From assembly GCA_964016885.1 (NCBI GenBank), contig OZ024758.1, positions 22,196,001 to 22,260,000 of the forward strand: a stretch of 64,000 nt of DNA, read 5' to 3'. Shown here piece after piece: positions 52,401 to 64,000 of the stretch. Positions within the stretch are counted from its first letter, which is position 1, and each line of letters begins with the position of its first letter. Under the pieces are notes generated by a model. That model had not been told where the DNA came from. It saw only the letters and a program-made list of their open reading frames with translations, and did not search any database. The translations under genes and the position numbers were made by a program. This stretch comes from Eledone cirrhosa (lineage: Eukaryota).

Positions 52401-55400
52401 GGTGCTTTTTGTCGTGACAGCAACATGACCACTTTACAGTGTGGACTGGGTGCTTTTTGTCGTGTCACCAAACGCGATCACCTTACAGTGTGGACTCCTC
52501 TGCATTATCTTGTCGTGGCACCAAAATGACCACTTTATAGTGTAGACTGAGTAGTAGTGGTGGCAGGGGATGTGCATGTATGTAGGGTGGGGATTGGAGA
52601 GGTAAGTCTAGTGTAGGGAACTTAGCTAGTGAAAGGTGGAATTTTAGGACACGGAACCATTAAGAATAAAAAATTTTAGATAAGTAATATAAGAAACTTA
52701 CTGCAGTTGATAAAGCTATACAGGAATCATTAGAAGTAGCACAACCACAATCTGAATTTTTAAATCCATCATTACATAAACATTTACCACAATCACAATG
52801 GCCACGTTCTTCTCCTAATAAAATAGACAAGAAAGGAAAAGGTTCCATTAGAGAGATGTTTTTGATTTATTCTAAGTTGAATATAAAATATATGTTTACA
52901 AAATCCATTACTGAATATAGGACTCTTTTAATCCTTTAGCATTTAAACCGGCTGTATCCGGCCAGAATCCTTTCACTTCTTTCTGTTCAAACTGGCTGTA
53001 ACCAGCTACTCATACTGATGTTAAAGTATTGTTTTCAAAATGAATAATGTCAAAATCTCATAGATTCGATATTATGTGAGGTAAAGTGTTTACCGTGAAA
53101 ATATAATAGCAAATATAGAGTAATGTAAATGGTAAAGGGTTAAATTGGTCGTATCTGGCCAGAATTCTCTCACTGCTTTCTGTTCAAACTGGCTGTAACC
53201 GGCTGCTCATACTGATGTTAAAGTATTGTTTTCAAAATGAATAATGTCAAAATCTCATAGATTCGATATTATGTGAGGTAAAGTGTTTACCGTGAAAATA
53301 TAATAGCAAATATAGAGTAATGTAAATGCTAAAGGGTTAAATTGGTCGTATCTGGCCAGAATTCTCTCACTGCTTTCTGTTCAAACTAGCTGTAACCGGC
53401 TGCTCATACTGATGTTAAGGTATTATTCTCAAAATTAATAATATCAAAATCTCATAGATTTGATATTATGCGAGATAATTATGATAATTATCTTGTATCC
53501 AGATAATGAGTAACCGTTAAATACTTAACCCTTTAGCATTTACATTACTCTATATATACTATTGTATTTTTGTAATACAGACTTTACCTCATAATTATCT
53601 CGCATAATATCAAATCTATGAGATTATATAGGCAGTGGATTGGCAGTATCGGTAGAGGGTCGGATGTCATGCTTTGACGCATAGAGTTACGGCCCTTGCC
53701 ATTCTAAGTTCAAATCCCGCCTTTCATCCTCACAGGGGTCGATAAAATAAAGTACCAGTAATACACTGGGTAATTTGCTGGCCTTGTGCCAAAAGTAGAA
53801 ACAATTATTTTACGGGGTTGATAAAATAAAGTACCAGTAATACACTGGTTAATTGCTGGCCTTGTGCCAATAGTAGAAACAATTATTTTACGGGGTTGAT
53901 AAAATAAAGTACCAGTAATACACTGGTTAATTGCTGGCCTTGTGCCAGAAGTAAAAACAATTATTTTACAGGGTTGATAAAATAAAGTACCAGTAATACA
54001 CTGGGTAATTTGCTGGCCTTGTGCCAAAAGTAGAAACAATTATTTTACGGGGTCGATAAAATAAAGTACCAGTAATACACTGGTTAATTGCTGGCCTTGT
54101 GCCAAAAGTAGAAAATTATTTTACGGGGTTGATAAAATAAAGTACCAGTAATACACTGGTTAATTGCTGGCCTTGTGCCAATAGTAGAAACAATTATTTT
54201 ACGGGGTTGATAAAATAAAGTACCAGTAATACACTGGCTAATTGCTGGCCTTGTGCCAAAAGTAGAAACAATTATTTTATGGGGTCGATAAAATAAAGTA
54301 CCAGTAATACACTTTTGTGCCAAAAGTAGAAACAATTATTTTACGGGGTTGATAAAATAAAGTACCAGTAATACACTGGTTAATTGCTGGCCTTGTGCCA
54401 AAAGTAGAAACAATTATTTTACGGGGTTGATAAAATAAAGTACCAGTAATACACTGGGTAATTTGCTGGCCTTGTGCCAAAAGTAGAAACAATTATTTTA
54501 CGGGGTCGATAAAATAAAGTACCAGTAATACACTGGCTAATTGCTGGCCTTGTGCCAAAAGTTGAAACAATTATTTTACGGGGTTGATAAAATAAAGTAC
54601 CAGTAATACACTGGGTAATTTGCGGGCCTTGTGCCAAAAGTTGAAACAATTATTTTACGGGGTTGATAAAATAAAGTACCAGTAATACACTGGGTAATTT
54701 GCTGGACTTGTGCCAAAAGTAGAAACAATTATTTTACGGGGTTGATAAAATAAAGTACCAGTAATACACTGGGTAATTGCTGGCCTTGTGCCAAAAGTAG
54801 AAACAATTATTTAGGGCGGTGGATTGGCAGTATCGGTAGAGGGTCGGACGCCATGCTTTCCAGCATAGTTACGTCCCTTTACGATCTGTGTTCAAATCCC
54901 GCCGAGGTTGACTTTGCCTTTCATCCTTACGGGGTCGATAAAATAAAGTACCAGTAATGCACTGGGTAATTGCTGGCCTTGTGCCTAAAGTAGAAACAAT
55001 TATTAACAGCAAGTAATAAAACATAAGACAGCTTACCTCCACATAGTTTACCATTAAAATAATCACAAGAAAAGTCATCACATTCACAAAAATCTCCACT
55101 GTACGTCTCATTTGAATTAGTAGTGCGAGGCCAACAGTCACAAATACCACAAACACATTGACCGCGCCCAGAACAAGCTGTTGTACTGTTTGGTCTGTAA
55201 TAAAACATAATACGCTCCATTGTTAAAACGATAATGGGATATTGATAAACTGATAATGGATATAAAATTAAAATGAATAGTAGTTGAAAGACAAACTGAA
55301 ATATAATCGCATATAAAGAGTACCGTATTTCCGAAAATAAGTCTCAAAAATCTACTATGCGTCCTGGAGGCCGAAGGTTGTTTATTATTTTTTTTGGATT

Positions 55401-58400
55401 GGCAGTATCGGTAGAGGGTCGGACGCCATGCTTTCCAGCATAGTTACGTCCCTTTACGATCTGAGTTCAAATCCCGCCGAGGTTGACTTTGCCTTTCATC
55501 CTTACGGGGGTCGATAAAATAAAGTACCAGTAATGCACTGGGTAATTGCTAGCCTTGTGCCTAAAGTAGAAACAATTATTTAGGGCGGTGGATTGGCAGT
55601 ATCGGTAGAGGGTCGGACGCCATGCTTTCCAGCATAGTTACGTCCCTTTACGATCCGTGTTCAAATCCCGCCGAGGTTGACTTTGCCTTTCATCCTTATG
55701 GGGTCGATAAAATAAAGTACCAGTAATGCACTGGGTGATTGCTGGCCTTGTGCCTAAAGTAGAAACAATTTTTTTTTTTTCAAATCCCGCCGAGGTTAAC
55801 TTTACCTTTCATCCTTGCGGGGTCGATAAAATAAAGTACCAGTAATGTACTGGTGTCGATTCAATCGACTTTCCCCTCCCCCCAAATTACTGGCCTAGAA
55901 ATCCTTATTTCTTTTCAAATTTTGGGTTGTCAAAATTAGGGTGTGTCCTTGAGGATGAAGCATTTTCGGCGCCAGGAAATACAGTAATTTTAGAAGAATC
56001 TCTTTAAGAAAGCAGCAAAGTTATGCTGTATGGTATGCTACGTTACGGTATGGTATGGTACAGTCTGGTATGGTACAGTAACTTTGCCTTTCATCCTTAC
56101 GGGGTCGATAAAATAAAGTACCAGTAATGTACTGGGTAATTGCTGGCCTTGTGCCAATAGTAGAAACAATTATTATTATTGAGACATATTTCAGTTTCAA
56201 GTCTTTTAACAATTTAAACATTTTATTTTATTAAATAATTAGAAGAAATATTTACCTAATACATTTAGATAATGCTTCTTCATCACTAGCGTCAGATCCA
56301 TCACATTCACAAAATTTACCGTAATGTCCTTTATTGCATGTACATGCTCCACACTCATAAGTTCCACTGTTGTTGCAATATGAATAGTTTTTTATCTGTA
56401 AACAATACACAAACAACATAATTCTTCACTGCACTGATAATACTAGACAGGAATAACAACAACAACAACACTAGGTAACATAATTTCAGACCTGCCAACC
56501 TCTAAAAACCCAAACAGGGAGTAACATGAAAAAAAAAAGTACCCTAAAATGAGGAGAAATGAGTCAAAATGTGGAGATTTTACATAATCAAAGCTATATC
56601 CATTTTCACAAGAGAAGACATCTCTCACCCACCCCAAAGTTGGTAGGAGATCTTCCCGCCAGATGTGATCCACCTGAAGGTAGACCTTCACTTAATGTCA
56701 TCCCAGTTAGGTTGGACATTTGTATACTGGGGGATGGAGAGGCCTTCATTGGTCTAGTCGGCCAGAGCCAGCTCCAGTTCTTGGGTCACATCAGGTTCTG
56801 CTGTCTTGCTGAACACCTCACTAATGAGGTTGTGACTGGAGGTAATAAATTAATAGTAGTCATAACAGCCAACTTAATTACTGTCACATGCTATTATAAC
56901 TTGAAAATAAAAAGATATTAAATGAATGATTTTAGTCAGAGCCAGATTTAGGACAAACAAGGCCCTGTGTTAGTTAAATTCATTGTAAAAAATGGGGGGG
57001 GGGGATGGGCCCCCATCGCCCCTGTGCTTAAGCACGCCTAAGCACAATGGTAAATCTGGCACTAGTTTTAGTTAAATATTTGAAAGTGACAACTACTTAC
57101 TTCATACTGTGGTTTTTCACATTCACATTCACAAATCATATCCAAGTCGATTGTTAGTTTCTCTTTCAAGCCGACTGGATAAATACTGATTGAACGCTTT
57201 CTCTCTGAGGAGCAAGAATGAACTTCAATGGATACATCAAATGTTACCTGAAGACAATGGAAAAAATATTTCATTTTAAATAATTATAAAGTTTAAATTT
57301 GAGAGGAGAAAATAATTAACATTCTATGCTTAAATGATTCATTTAACCCTTTAACATTTACATTATTCTATATTTACTTTTGTATTTTCAATAGTAAAGG
57401 CTTTACCTCACATAATATCTCACATAACATTTACATTACTCTATATTTACTTTTGTATTTTCAATAGTAAAGGCTTTACCTCACATAATATCTCACATAA
57501 CATTTACATTATTCTATATTTACTATTGTATTTTCAATAGTAAAGGCTTTACCTCATAATATCTCATAACATTTACAACATTTACATTATTCTATATTTA
57601 CTATTGTATTTTCAATAGTAAAGGCTTTAGCTCACATAATATCGAATCTATGAGATTTTGATATTATTTATTTTGAGAACAATACCTTAAAGTTGGTATG
57701 AAGGGCCAGTTACGGCCGGTTTGAACAGAAAAAGGTGAGAAAATTCTGACCGGATATGGACGGTTTAAATGCTAAAGGGTTAAACAGCAAAAGTAATAAA
57801 TTAATTGTTTCTACTTTAGGCACAAGGCCAGCAATTACCCAGCAAAGGTAATAAATTAATACAGTAAATCAAGTGTTCTTGTTCACTGTACTTCTTTAAA
57901 CAGAAAGCTTTTGAAATATTTCATTTAGGACTTAAAAATCATTGTAGGTATTGTTTTTTAGCTGCTATAAAATCATCATCATCATCGTTTTTATGTGTTT
58001 TTCAATGCTTGCATGGGTTGGACAGGTCCTTTTCAACACATCATCTCTCCACATGCTGCATTCCTTTGTCATCTCCTCTGAGTCTCAGCTACTTGAGATT
58101 AGCTCTCACCACCTCTGCTCAGGTCTTTCTTGGACTATCTCTACCAGGGATTTCCTGGCACTTCTTGCTCCAGCAGTCATCACCCATGCACATCACATGT
58201 CCATACCAATACAGTCTTCTCTCTTACACACCACTTTGGACTCCTTTTAAATCCAGTTTCTTCCTCAGTTCATCCAAGCTCTCTCTATTTCTCTCACATT
58301 TACATTGCACATCCAACTGTTTTATTTATGAATAAATATAATTTAAAATTATTTATCTAGAACTTACAATTATTTTTCATAAGACCTTTTCGAATTTAAC

Positions 58401-59229
58401 TTTGTATATACAAGATAGACAGACATAAACATTAACTCTGCATGCCAAAAAGAACACAAACCTCTTCTCCAATTTTCAGTTTGTTACATTTATTAGTTTC
58501 TTTATAATCCTTTGAGGGCCTAGAAAAGAAAGAAAATATTTGTACAAAACATTAACAAAATAAGTCTATGGTGTGTATATGTGTTCTTGCCATCAATTTA
58601 ATATTCATTTTGGGGCAAGAGGGGATTTATATGCAGTAGAAGTTTTTACACTGATATATCCAACCACCTTTGTGTCATCTTGCAATTTCATCTAATATTT
58701 CATCTTATAGTTTCCTCAGCTTACTGTCATCTCTCACAAGATACTTGCAAGTTTTCATTCAACAAGTATATATATATATATATATATGTATAAAAGAGAA
58801 AACACAGGTAAGCATTAAGAGAAGGATTTTATCCAGGTATTTACGACCGTTTCATTGGTAAGTGCAACCTTATATTGCTATACTGCAAATAGCAGCCACT
58901 CAATTATAATTGTTGTTCACAGTCCAAATTTTCAAAAAAAATTTGGATTTTTTTTGAAAATTTGGACTGTGAACAACAATTATAATTGAGTGGCTGCTAT
59001 TTGCAGTATAGCAATATAAGGTTGTACTTACCAATGAAACGGTCGTAAATACCTGGATAAAATCCTTCTCTTAATGCTTACCTGTGTTTTCTCTTTTATA
59101 CTTTATACTCCAAGATTGAACGGAATTCTTACAAACTTGTGGAGTTACCTCTTACCGTACGTTGAAACCATCCATGAAACTGGCTTTCTTAACCACGAAC
59201 TGGATCACAAAAAGCAATTTTCTGCTTCC

Positions 59230-59325
<96 letters not shown>

Positions 59326-61701
59326 CAGGGTGTCCTCAAAAAATGTACACACACTTTTATTAGAATGTTATTAAAGTGTGTTTAGAAGCAAATACACCAT
59401 TAGGGTAATTTTTTCATAATTTTAACCATTTATTTACCTTATATATAGGTGAGAATAAAGTCAATCAAAACTGTCCATACTGCTTAAATCTTACCTTAAT
59501 AACAAAAATATTGACCAGTTTACAGAGACATCCTTTTTACCACAGAACTCCGAAAGTTTAATGTAACTTTTTCCTATACCAGAGCCATATTTACAATTAG
59601 TTAGACAACTGCAACAAAGTCATTTAGCTCTTATTATAACCTTGTCCTTGTCTTCTACCTTCAAAGTGGTCCTTATTCTCTTCTCATAATGCTTCTGTTA
59701 ACCATCTGACCCTATCAATGGTCAATAAATTCTACCATTATACCATGTGGTCAATAAATGCTACCACTATACCATCTGTGGTCAACAATGTCCCCAGCAT
59801 TACCAGGTCACAGATTCTGACCCTCATCAGTTAAACATTGTTTTTTCCTGTTATATTGCCATCACTTCTTCAGTGCTTTAACAGCAAAGAAGCAACAAAG
59901 CTGGAACTAAGAAAAGTGTGACTGTTGGATGATGGTCAGAAGATATTCACACCTGGGAATGATAATACACGATCACTGGAGGGGAGGAGTGAGGAGTGAG
60001 ATTAGATCACTGCAACAGCATAAGGTGAAAAGTGAAAGTTGAAAAGGAAGGAATACATGTAGATAGAAATATTAGAAGTGCAGCAGAAAAACTGATATTT
60101 GATTGAGTATGGCAGATGAAAATACATGATATCTTAAGGAATGGGAGAGGAAGAGAGAGAGAGGGGGGGGGGAATTAGGATAATCCAAGTGATAGTGATT
60201 AGTAGTGAAACTAAATAGAGATGAAACGAGTAGTTATGAGAATTATAGCCAAGCCAAAGTGTCAGAAAATAATTTCATGCCATACGATGCAACATGGTAA
60301 GTCCATTTGATGCAAGTAAGTGTAAATTGGGAAAAACAGTTTCCACACACAGATATGGGATGAAAAACTGCTTGGTGGCCCTTAGACAGAACTAAGAAAC
60401 AAAGTTTGTCTAAATTTGGGGCCAAAAGGTAGCATTATGGTATTAGCAAATAACATGCAATAGGGAAATTAGCCATGACAAATAGCAAACAGAATATTTA
60501 AACACATCAAATTAACATCGTTTGATGTTTGCATAAAGCAGATTCTAGAAATAAATTGGTAAAAGACAACAACAAATAGGATATCTTGTTTTCTTGAAAT
60601 ATTCCTGTGAAAACAAAATAATTTGCAGTTATTTGGGCACACATAAGCTAGCAGAGAGTGTTCATAAACAACCATAAAGGAAATGCATTCATATATATAT
60701 TTAAAATATCAGATATATATTATTAAAGATTAAGGATTTTAGTGTTTACTAAGTTAGAGAAGCGACGTGCAGTAAAAATTCAGCTATAGAAAAAAAAGCA
60801 CTGAAAATTTTCGAAAAGTGAATTTACCCAACACATGATGAAAAAAACTTGACTGTCACATTTTCAGCCCCAACTGTATTAAGTTCCACTTCTGACGTGA
60901 TTTTCTAAAGAGAAAAAAATCTTTATGAAGTGAGTTTTATATCTCTAACTAAAATCACAACTGACATTGGTGTCATGATGACCATCACTATTTTAACCTG
61001 TTTTTCTATTATGATGTGGGTTGGATAGGTGCACAATGTGGCATTTTTCTAAGCTTATCAGCACGTATCATCTAACAATTTCTTTGATCTACTACCATGT
61101 CAGATATCTTCCAATATCTTTCAATCTTTCCCACCACCAAGCATGTATCCTTTATTCGCATCACATTTTAAAATCATTGCAGTTATCCCTCTTGTTTATA
61201 TTGGTTAATAGTTCCATTTGCTGTGTCTTGACAGATTCTGTAATAAAAGCCAGTTCATGATAATACAACATTCAGTCTATTTGCTTTTTACGCGAACTTG
61301 AATTACATAAATTCGCTTTAACACCTATTGAAAAAATATTAAATATTCACTTAGCGCAAATAACACGCTATAAAGCGTGTGGTTTTTAATTTTTTTTATT
61401 TATCAGAAATATTAGACTTGAATTACATGAATTTGCTTTACACGCTGCGTTCATAAATGCATCTTTGCGTAAAAAGCGAATACACTGTATATCTAATCAT
61501 CCAGTTATGAACCTTTTTTTTTCCAATTCCTTGATGAAAGTGATTAGTAATAAAATTATTCACAAAGCCTAGTAAGAGAAATAATTGTTTCTACTTTAGG
61601 CACAAGGCCAGCAATTACCCAGTGCATTACTGGTACTTTATTTGGACGGTAATTTTCCCACTTGAGGCAAGATTGGTTGCCTTGCTCGTATAGGACTGTC
61701 T

Positions 61702-61738
<37 letters not shown>

Positions 61739-63613
61739 CAAGGAAATGTCAAAATAGATGTACAAAAAGTCTTAGTTTCACGCTTATATGGAAAAGGGGA
61801 AAGAAAGTTCGATGTGTCAGGCTTTAGCCCTTCAGGAGTACAAAAATAGAGAAAAGATCACAAAGATTAGATACAGAAAATAAAAGGTAGTCCAAGTAAA
61901 AAAACAAAACAAAAACGAAACCCCTACAAACCTATACAAGACATATATAAAAGTATACATATTACACAAGCACCCATGTATCCATCAACATGCACTCATA
62001 CAGACCTATTTATATATAACAAATTACCCAGTACTATGCTTCAAAGCATGGTCTCCGACTCTCTACCGATACTGCCAATCCACTGAAGATATGTGACATT
62101 ATAGAAAGATAAAGATATATATTCATATACCACTTTGCTATTACCTGATAATTATCTCGAATAAGGCTGACGATGTTATTAGAATCTTCATCTAGTCTTC
62201 CAGCTGTAGAACCTTCAATAAACCTACTCAAGCTTTGGTAGATGTCCAATTGGTCAGATGTTACGGCAAATATTACATTAACTTTCATTTCTTGAATTTT
62301 ATTTGCAAGTTGTCCAATTGAGGGATAATCCTGCAGAAAGATAAGACCAATTAATAAGTTATCAAATGAATTCATTAACACTATTAATGCAACAAATCTA
62401 TTATGAATTTAAACAAAAATATATTTTCATTTTAATAATTAATCTTAGCTTTTATTCAGTTTGTTAGTAAATGTTTTCTTTAATAGTAAAATGGTTATTA
62501 ATTTCTACCTAGACTATGAGGTTAATAAACTAGACAACTGATCATATTGTCATTAGTTCTAGCATTCTTTAATCATTGTGTTGCATTCCAAGCACAATAC
62601 TCAGCCTAGAAATTGCTGCACATTAGAGAACTAAAACGGTAGCAATTGCTGCACATTAGACAACCAAAACAGTAGAAATTGCTGCACATTAGACAACTAA
62701 AAAAGTAGAAATTGCTGCACACTAGACAACTAAAATCCTAGAAATTGCAGCACATTAAACAATTTAACGAGTAGAAATTGCTGCACATTAGAGAAGTTAG
62801 AAATAGTTTCACCAACCTGTTTATCTGTTAGAGTATATTCACCAGCTCTATTTAAATGGCAGTAACCATCATTTGGAATTACTAATCCACCAAGCTATAT
62901 TGAATAAAAATAAACACAATTAAATTACACAGTATTCTACATGGCTGAAATAATTCTTTTTTTTTTAACTATTAAAAAATACTGTCAAGAATAACAAAAT
63001 AATTTTAATTATGATTAATAATCTATATGAATGAATACATTCAAAAATGTTAAAATAATTTTAAAATATGTAGATCTTTAACCCTTTAGCATTTACATTA
63101 CACTATATATACTATTATATTTTCACAGTAAAGGTTTTACTTCACATAATTATCTCACATAATATTTAATCCATGAGATTTGGATATTATTTATTTTGGG
63201 AACAATACATTAACATCAGTATGAGTGGCCAGTTACAGCCAGTTTGAAAAGAAAGAGGTGAGAGAATTCTAACAGGATATTGCCGGTTTAAATGCTAAAG
63301 AGTTAAATATATATTTAAGTTTTAAACTATAAAACAAAGGAAAAATCTATCTCATATAATAAACTAAATTAACAGATATTTCATTGAAATTATATTTCAC
63401 CATTTATAATATAAAAAAAATATCCATTATTAATCATAGCAAGATTTTAATTTTAAGAATTTATGATAAAAAAAAACTATTGAAGAAAGAATGTAAAGCA
63501 ATTAAGAAAAGAAAGCAAATTTTGATACTAACTTTACCATCACCAGCATAATGAAAGTCGGAGTCTGTGGAAAATACCAACATACGACGAGAAACATCTC
63601 GCCAGCCAATATC
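43358..63613 (-). CDS. ITGB1-like: Integrin beta subunit (beta-1/beta-PS-like), last 14 coding exons, 535 aa; 5' exons outside the window
   Basis: join(63533-63613, 62817-62894, 62145-62330, 60828-60904, 58462-58519, 57101-57247, 56256-56395, 55037-55194, 52702-52814, 51785-51877, 48435-48558, 46989-47102, 44746-44912, 43358-43429). All introns are GT-AG with matching phases. Encodes beta-I domain, hybrid, I-EGF repeats, beta-tail, TM helix and two NPxY motifs. Confidence 0.95.
43559..44004. mobile_element. Head-to-head palindromic pair of tRNA-derived SINEs flanked by a 12-bp direct repeat
   Basis: Axis at 43781-43782; A box TGGCTGAGTGG and B box GAGTTCGATTCC on each arm; ttagcctgatag at 43547-43558 and 44005-44016. 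Confidence 0.9.
44746..44912 (-). CDS. ITGB1-like: Integrin beta exon: transmembrane helix and membrane-proximal tail
   Basis: [55 protein letters not shown]; AG/GT boundaries. Confidence 0.95.
46176..46765. repeat. 61-bp minisatellite (~10 copies) derived from a SINE 3' segment
   Basis: Unit aaagtggttgtcattaggaagggcatccagctgtagaaaccatactgctagaacatgttat contains the SINE A motif ttaggaagggcatccagctgtagaaa. Confidence 0.95.
46989..47102 (-). CDS. ITGB1-like: Integrin beta exon: beta-tail domain
   Basis: [38 protein letters not shown]; phases 1/1 fit the neighbouring exons. Confidence 0.9.
47190..47660 (+). mobile_element. RTE LINE 3' fragment, degraded
   Basis: [37 protein letters not shown]; (GAA)n tail. 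Confidence 0.85.
47808..48400 (+). mobile_element. SINE family A with internal ~50-bp tandem expansion (~6 units)
   Basis: Head and tail match 18838-19186; internal unit gtggacgtg(t/g)aggtgccac..cccagcccacactgtaaa is repeated. Confidence 0.9.
48435..48558 (-). CDS. ITGB1-like: Integrin beta exon: start of beta-tail domain
   Basis: [41 protein letters not shown]. Confidence 0.92.
48691..49644. mobile_element. hAT-type MITE with nested SINEs
   Basis: Ends cagcggtcgcca / ttggcaaccgttg; TSD ttctggaa/ttatggaa; SINE B copies at 49140-49333 and 49342-49537. Confidence 0.7.
50090..50700. mobile_element. Two RTE-type LINE 3' ends in opposite orientation (50090-50285 minus; 50340-50700 plus)
   Basis: [21 protein letters not shown] (same family as 20309-20746) and [24 protein letters not shown] with a (GAT) tail. 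Confidence 0.8.
50840..51690 (-). mobile_element. Degraded Gypsy-type LTR retrotransposon integrase remnants interrupted by SINEs
   Basis: [17 protein letters not shown] resembles the integrase PYHPQSNGQAERF motif; downstream [22 protein letters not shown]. Confidence 0.7.
51785..51877 (-). CDS. ITGB1-like: Integrin beta exon: I-EGF repeat
   Basis: [31 protein letters not shown]. Confidence 0.93.
52000..52545. repeat. 48-bp minisatellite (~11 copies) derived from a SINE A internal segment
   Basis: Unit ccactttacagtgtggactgggtgctttttgtcgtgacagcaacatga. Confidence 0.93.
52702..52814 (-). CDS. ITGB1-like: Integrin beta exon: I-EGF repeat
   Basis: [38 protein letters not shown]. Confidence 0.93.
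53730..54811 (+). repeat. ~78-bp tandem array (~14 copies) of the SINE family B 3' part
   Basis: Unit ttacggggttgataaaataaagtaccagtaatacactggttaattgctggccttgtgccaaaagtagaaacaattatt, preceded by a SINE head at 53628 and followed by a full SINE at 54812-55003. Confidence 0.95.
55037..55194 (-). CDS. ITGB1-like: Integrin beta exon: I-EGF repeat
   Basis: [52 protein letters not shown]. Confidence 0.95.
55321..55986. mobile_element. Tc1/pogo-type MITE with nested tandem SINE B copies
   Basis: Ends taccgtatttcc / ggaaatacagta; SINE B copies at about 55396-55900. Confidence 0.6.
56256..56395 (-). CDS. ITGB1-like: Integrin beta exon: first I-EGF repeat
   Basis: [46 protein letters not shown]. Confidence 0.93.
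56937..57064. mobile_element. hAT-type MITE, short copy
   Basis: cagagccagattta / taaatctggcacta; TSD attttagt/gttttagt. Confidence 0.75.
57101..57247 (-). CDS. ITGB1-like: Integrin beta exon: hybrid domain
   Basis: [49 protein letters not shown]. Confidence 0.94.
58462..58519 (-). CDS. ITGB1-like: Integrin beta small exon: hybrid domain
   Basis: [19 protein letters not shown]; phases 2/0 fit both neighbours. Confidence 0.88.
58788..59101. repeat. Intronic fold-back palindrome (~153-bp arms) within (TA)n
   Basis: Arms 58788-58940 and 58948-59101 are near-perfect reverse complements and contain GAAACGGTCGTA. Confidence 0.92.
60828..60904 (-). CDS. ITGB1-like: Integrin beta exon: beta-I/hybrid junction
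   Basis: [25 protein letters not shown]. Confidence 0.9.
61273..61487. mobile_element. Tc1/mariner-type MITE
   Basis: TIRs cagtctatttgctttttacgc / gcgtaaaaagcgaatacactg. Confidence 0.7.
62145..62330 (-). CDS. ITGB1-like: Integrin beta exon: beta-I domain
   Basis: [44 protein letters not shown]. Confidence 0.96.
62585..62792. repeat. ~33-bp degenerate tandem repeat (~6 copies)
   Basis: Unit agaaattgctgcacattagacaactaaaacagt. Confidence 0.85.
62817..62894 (-). CDS. ITGB1-like: Integrin beta exon: beta-I domain
   Basis: [26 protein letters not shown]. Confidence 0.94.
63533..63613 (-). CDS. ITGB1-like: Integrin beta exon: beta-I domain
   Basis: [27 protein letters not shown]. Confidence 0.95.
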
Positions 63614-63731
63614 CTAAAAGGAAAAGATTTAAAAATGAATGTAGAGAGATAGAGCATAGAGTTTTTGTAGGGAGTTTAACTAGTAATTAACTCCTAATGG
63701 ATGAAAGAGAAAATGAAAGATCTTAATGAAA

Positions 63732-63972
63732 TCATCATCATCATCATCATCATGATTATCACCGTTTTATGTCCATTCTTCCACACTAGCATGGGTTAGA
63801 CGGGTTGTCCTGTTGTGGGCAGTGTCTGGTCGGCTGACCTTGTATTGCTCATACTGGAACTGATTCTGGCTTGATTTCTACAGCTGGATGCCCTTCCTAA
63901 CACCAACCTCATTTACAGTGAGTGCTGGGTGCTTTTTTTCCCCGTGGCACCTCCACGACCACTTTGCAGTGG
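63732..63972 (-). mobile_element. SINE family A 3' part (variant tail)
   Basis: Matches 49785-50050 and the 3' body of 18838-19186. Confidence 0.85.
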
Positions 63973-64000
63973 TAAAATCCTTGAGGGATATTATTGTTTC

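Noticed and set aside
51989-52529. 160-173 aa repetitive ORFs, and similar ones at 47822-48309 and 53710-54649
   Set aside because: They are readthrough of SINE-derived tandem repeats inside integrin introns.
61770-61840. Minus-strand CTGAAGG...GAAACTAAG hammerhead candidate
   Set aside because: The core and cleavage site are non-canonical and stem I does not pair.

Overview
AT-rich, repeat-dominated animal genomic DNA whose SINE and MITE repertoire resembles that of octopod cephalopods (inference from repeat types). Positions 1-19.4 kb are mostly (TA)n/(TATC)n/(CA)n microsatellite. Embedded in it are a 5'-truncated Penelope-like retroelement (RT + C-terminal GIY-YIG, hammerhead ribozyme in its 3' tail), a Tx1/L1-type LINE, a CR1/L2-type RT fragment and SINEs; there is a 200-nt N gap at 15521-15720. 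Positions 19.4-43 kb hold RTE LINE fragments, tRNA-derived SINEs, MITEs, a Helitron-like insertion and minisatellites. Positions 43358-63613 carry the last 14 coding exons of an integrin beta subunit gene on the minus strand (all GT-AG, phases consistent; the 5' exons lie beyond the window). The most striking unannotated signal is more than a dozen type I hammerhead-ribozyme-like motifs from several unrelated short families, sitting in small islands inside (TA)n tracts. Many are arranged as long fold-back palindromes, and one family conserves a U3-A8 covariant core. A head-to-head SINE palindrome with a shared 12-bp target-site duplication lies in the last integrin intron. All folds were read by eye, and none has been tested computationally or biochemically.
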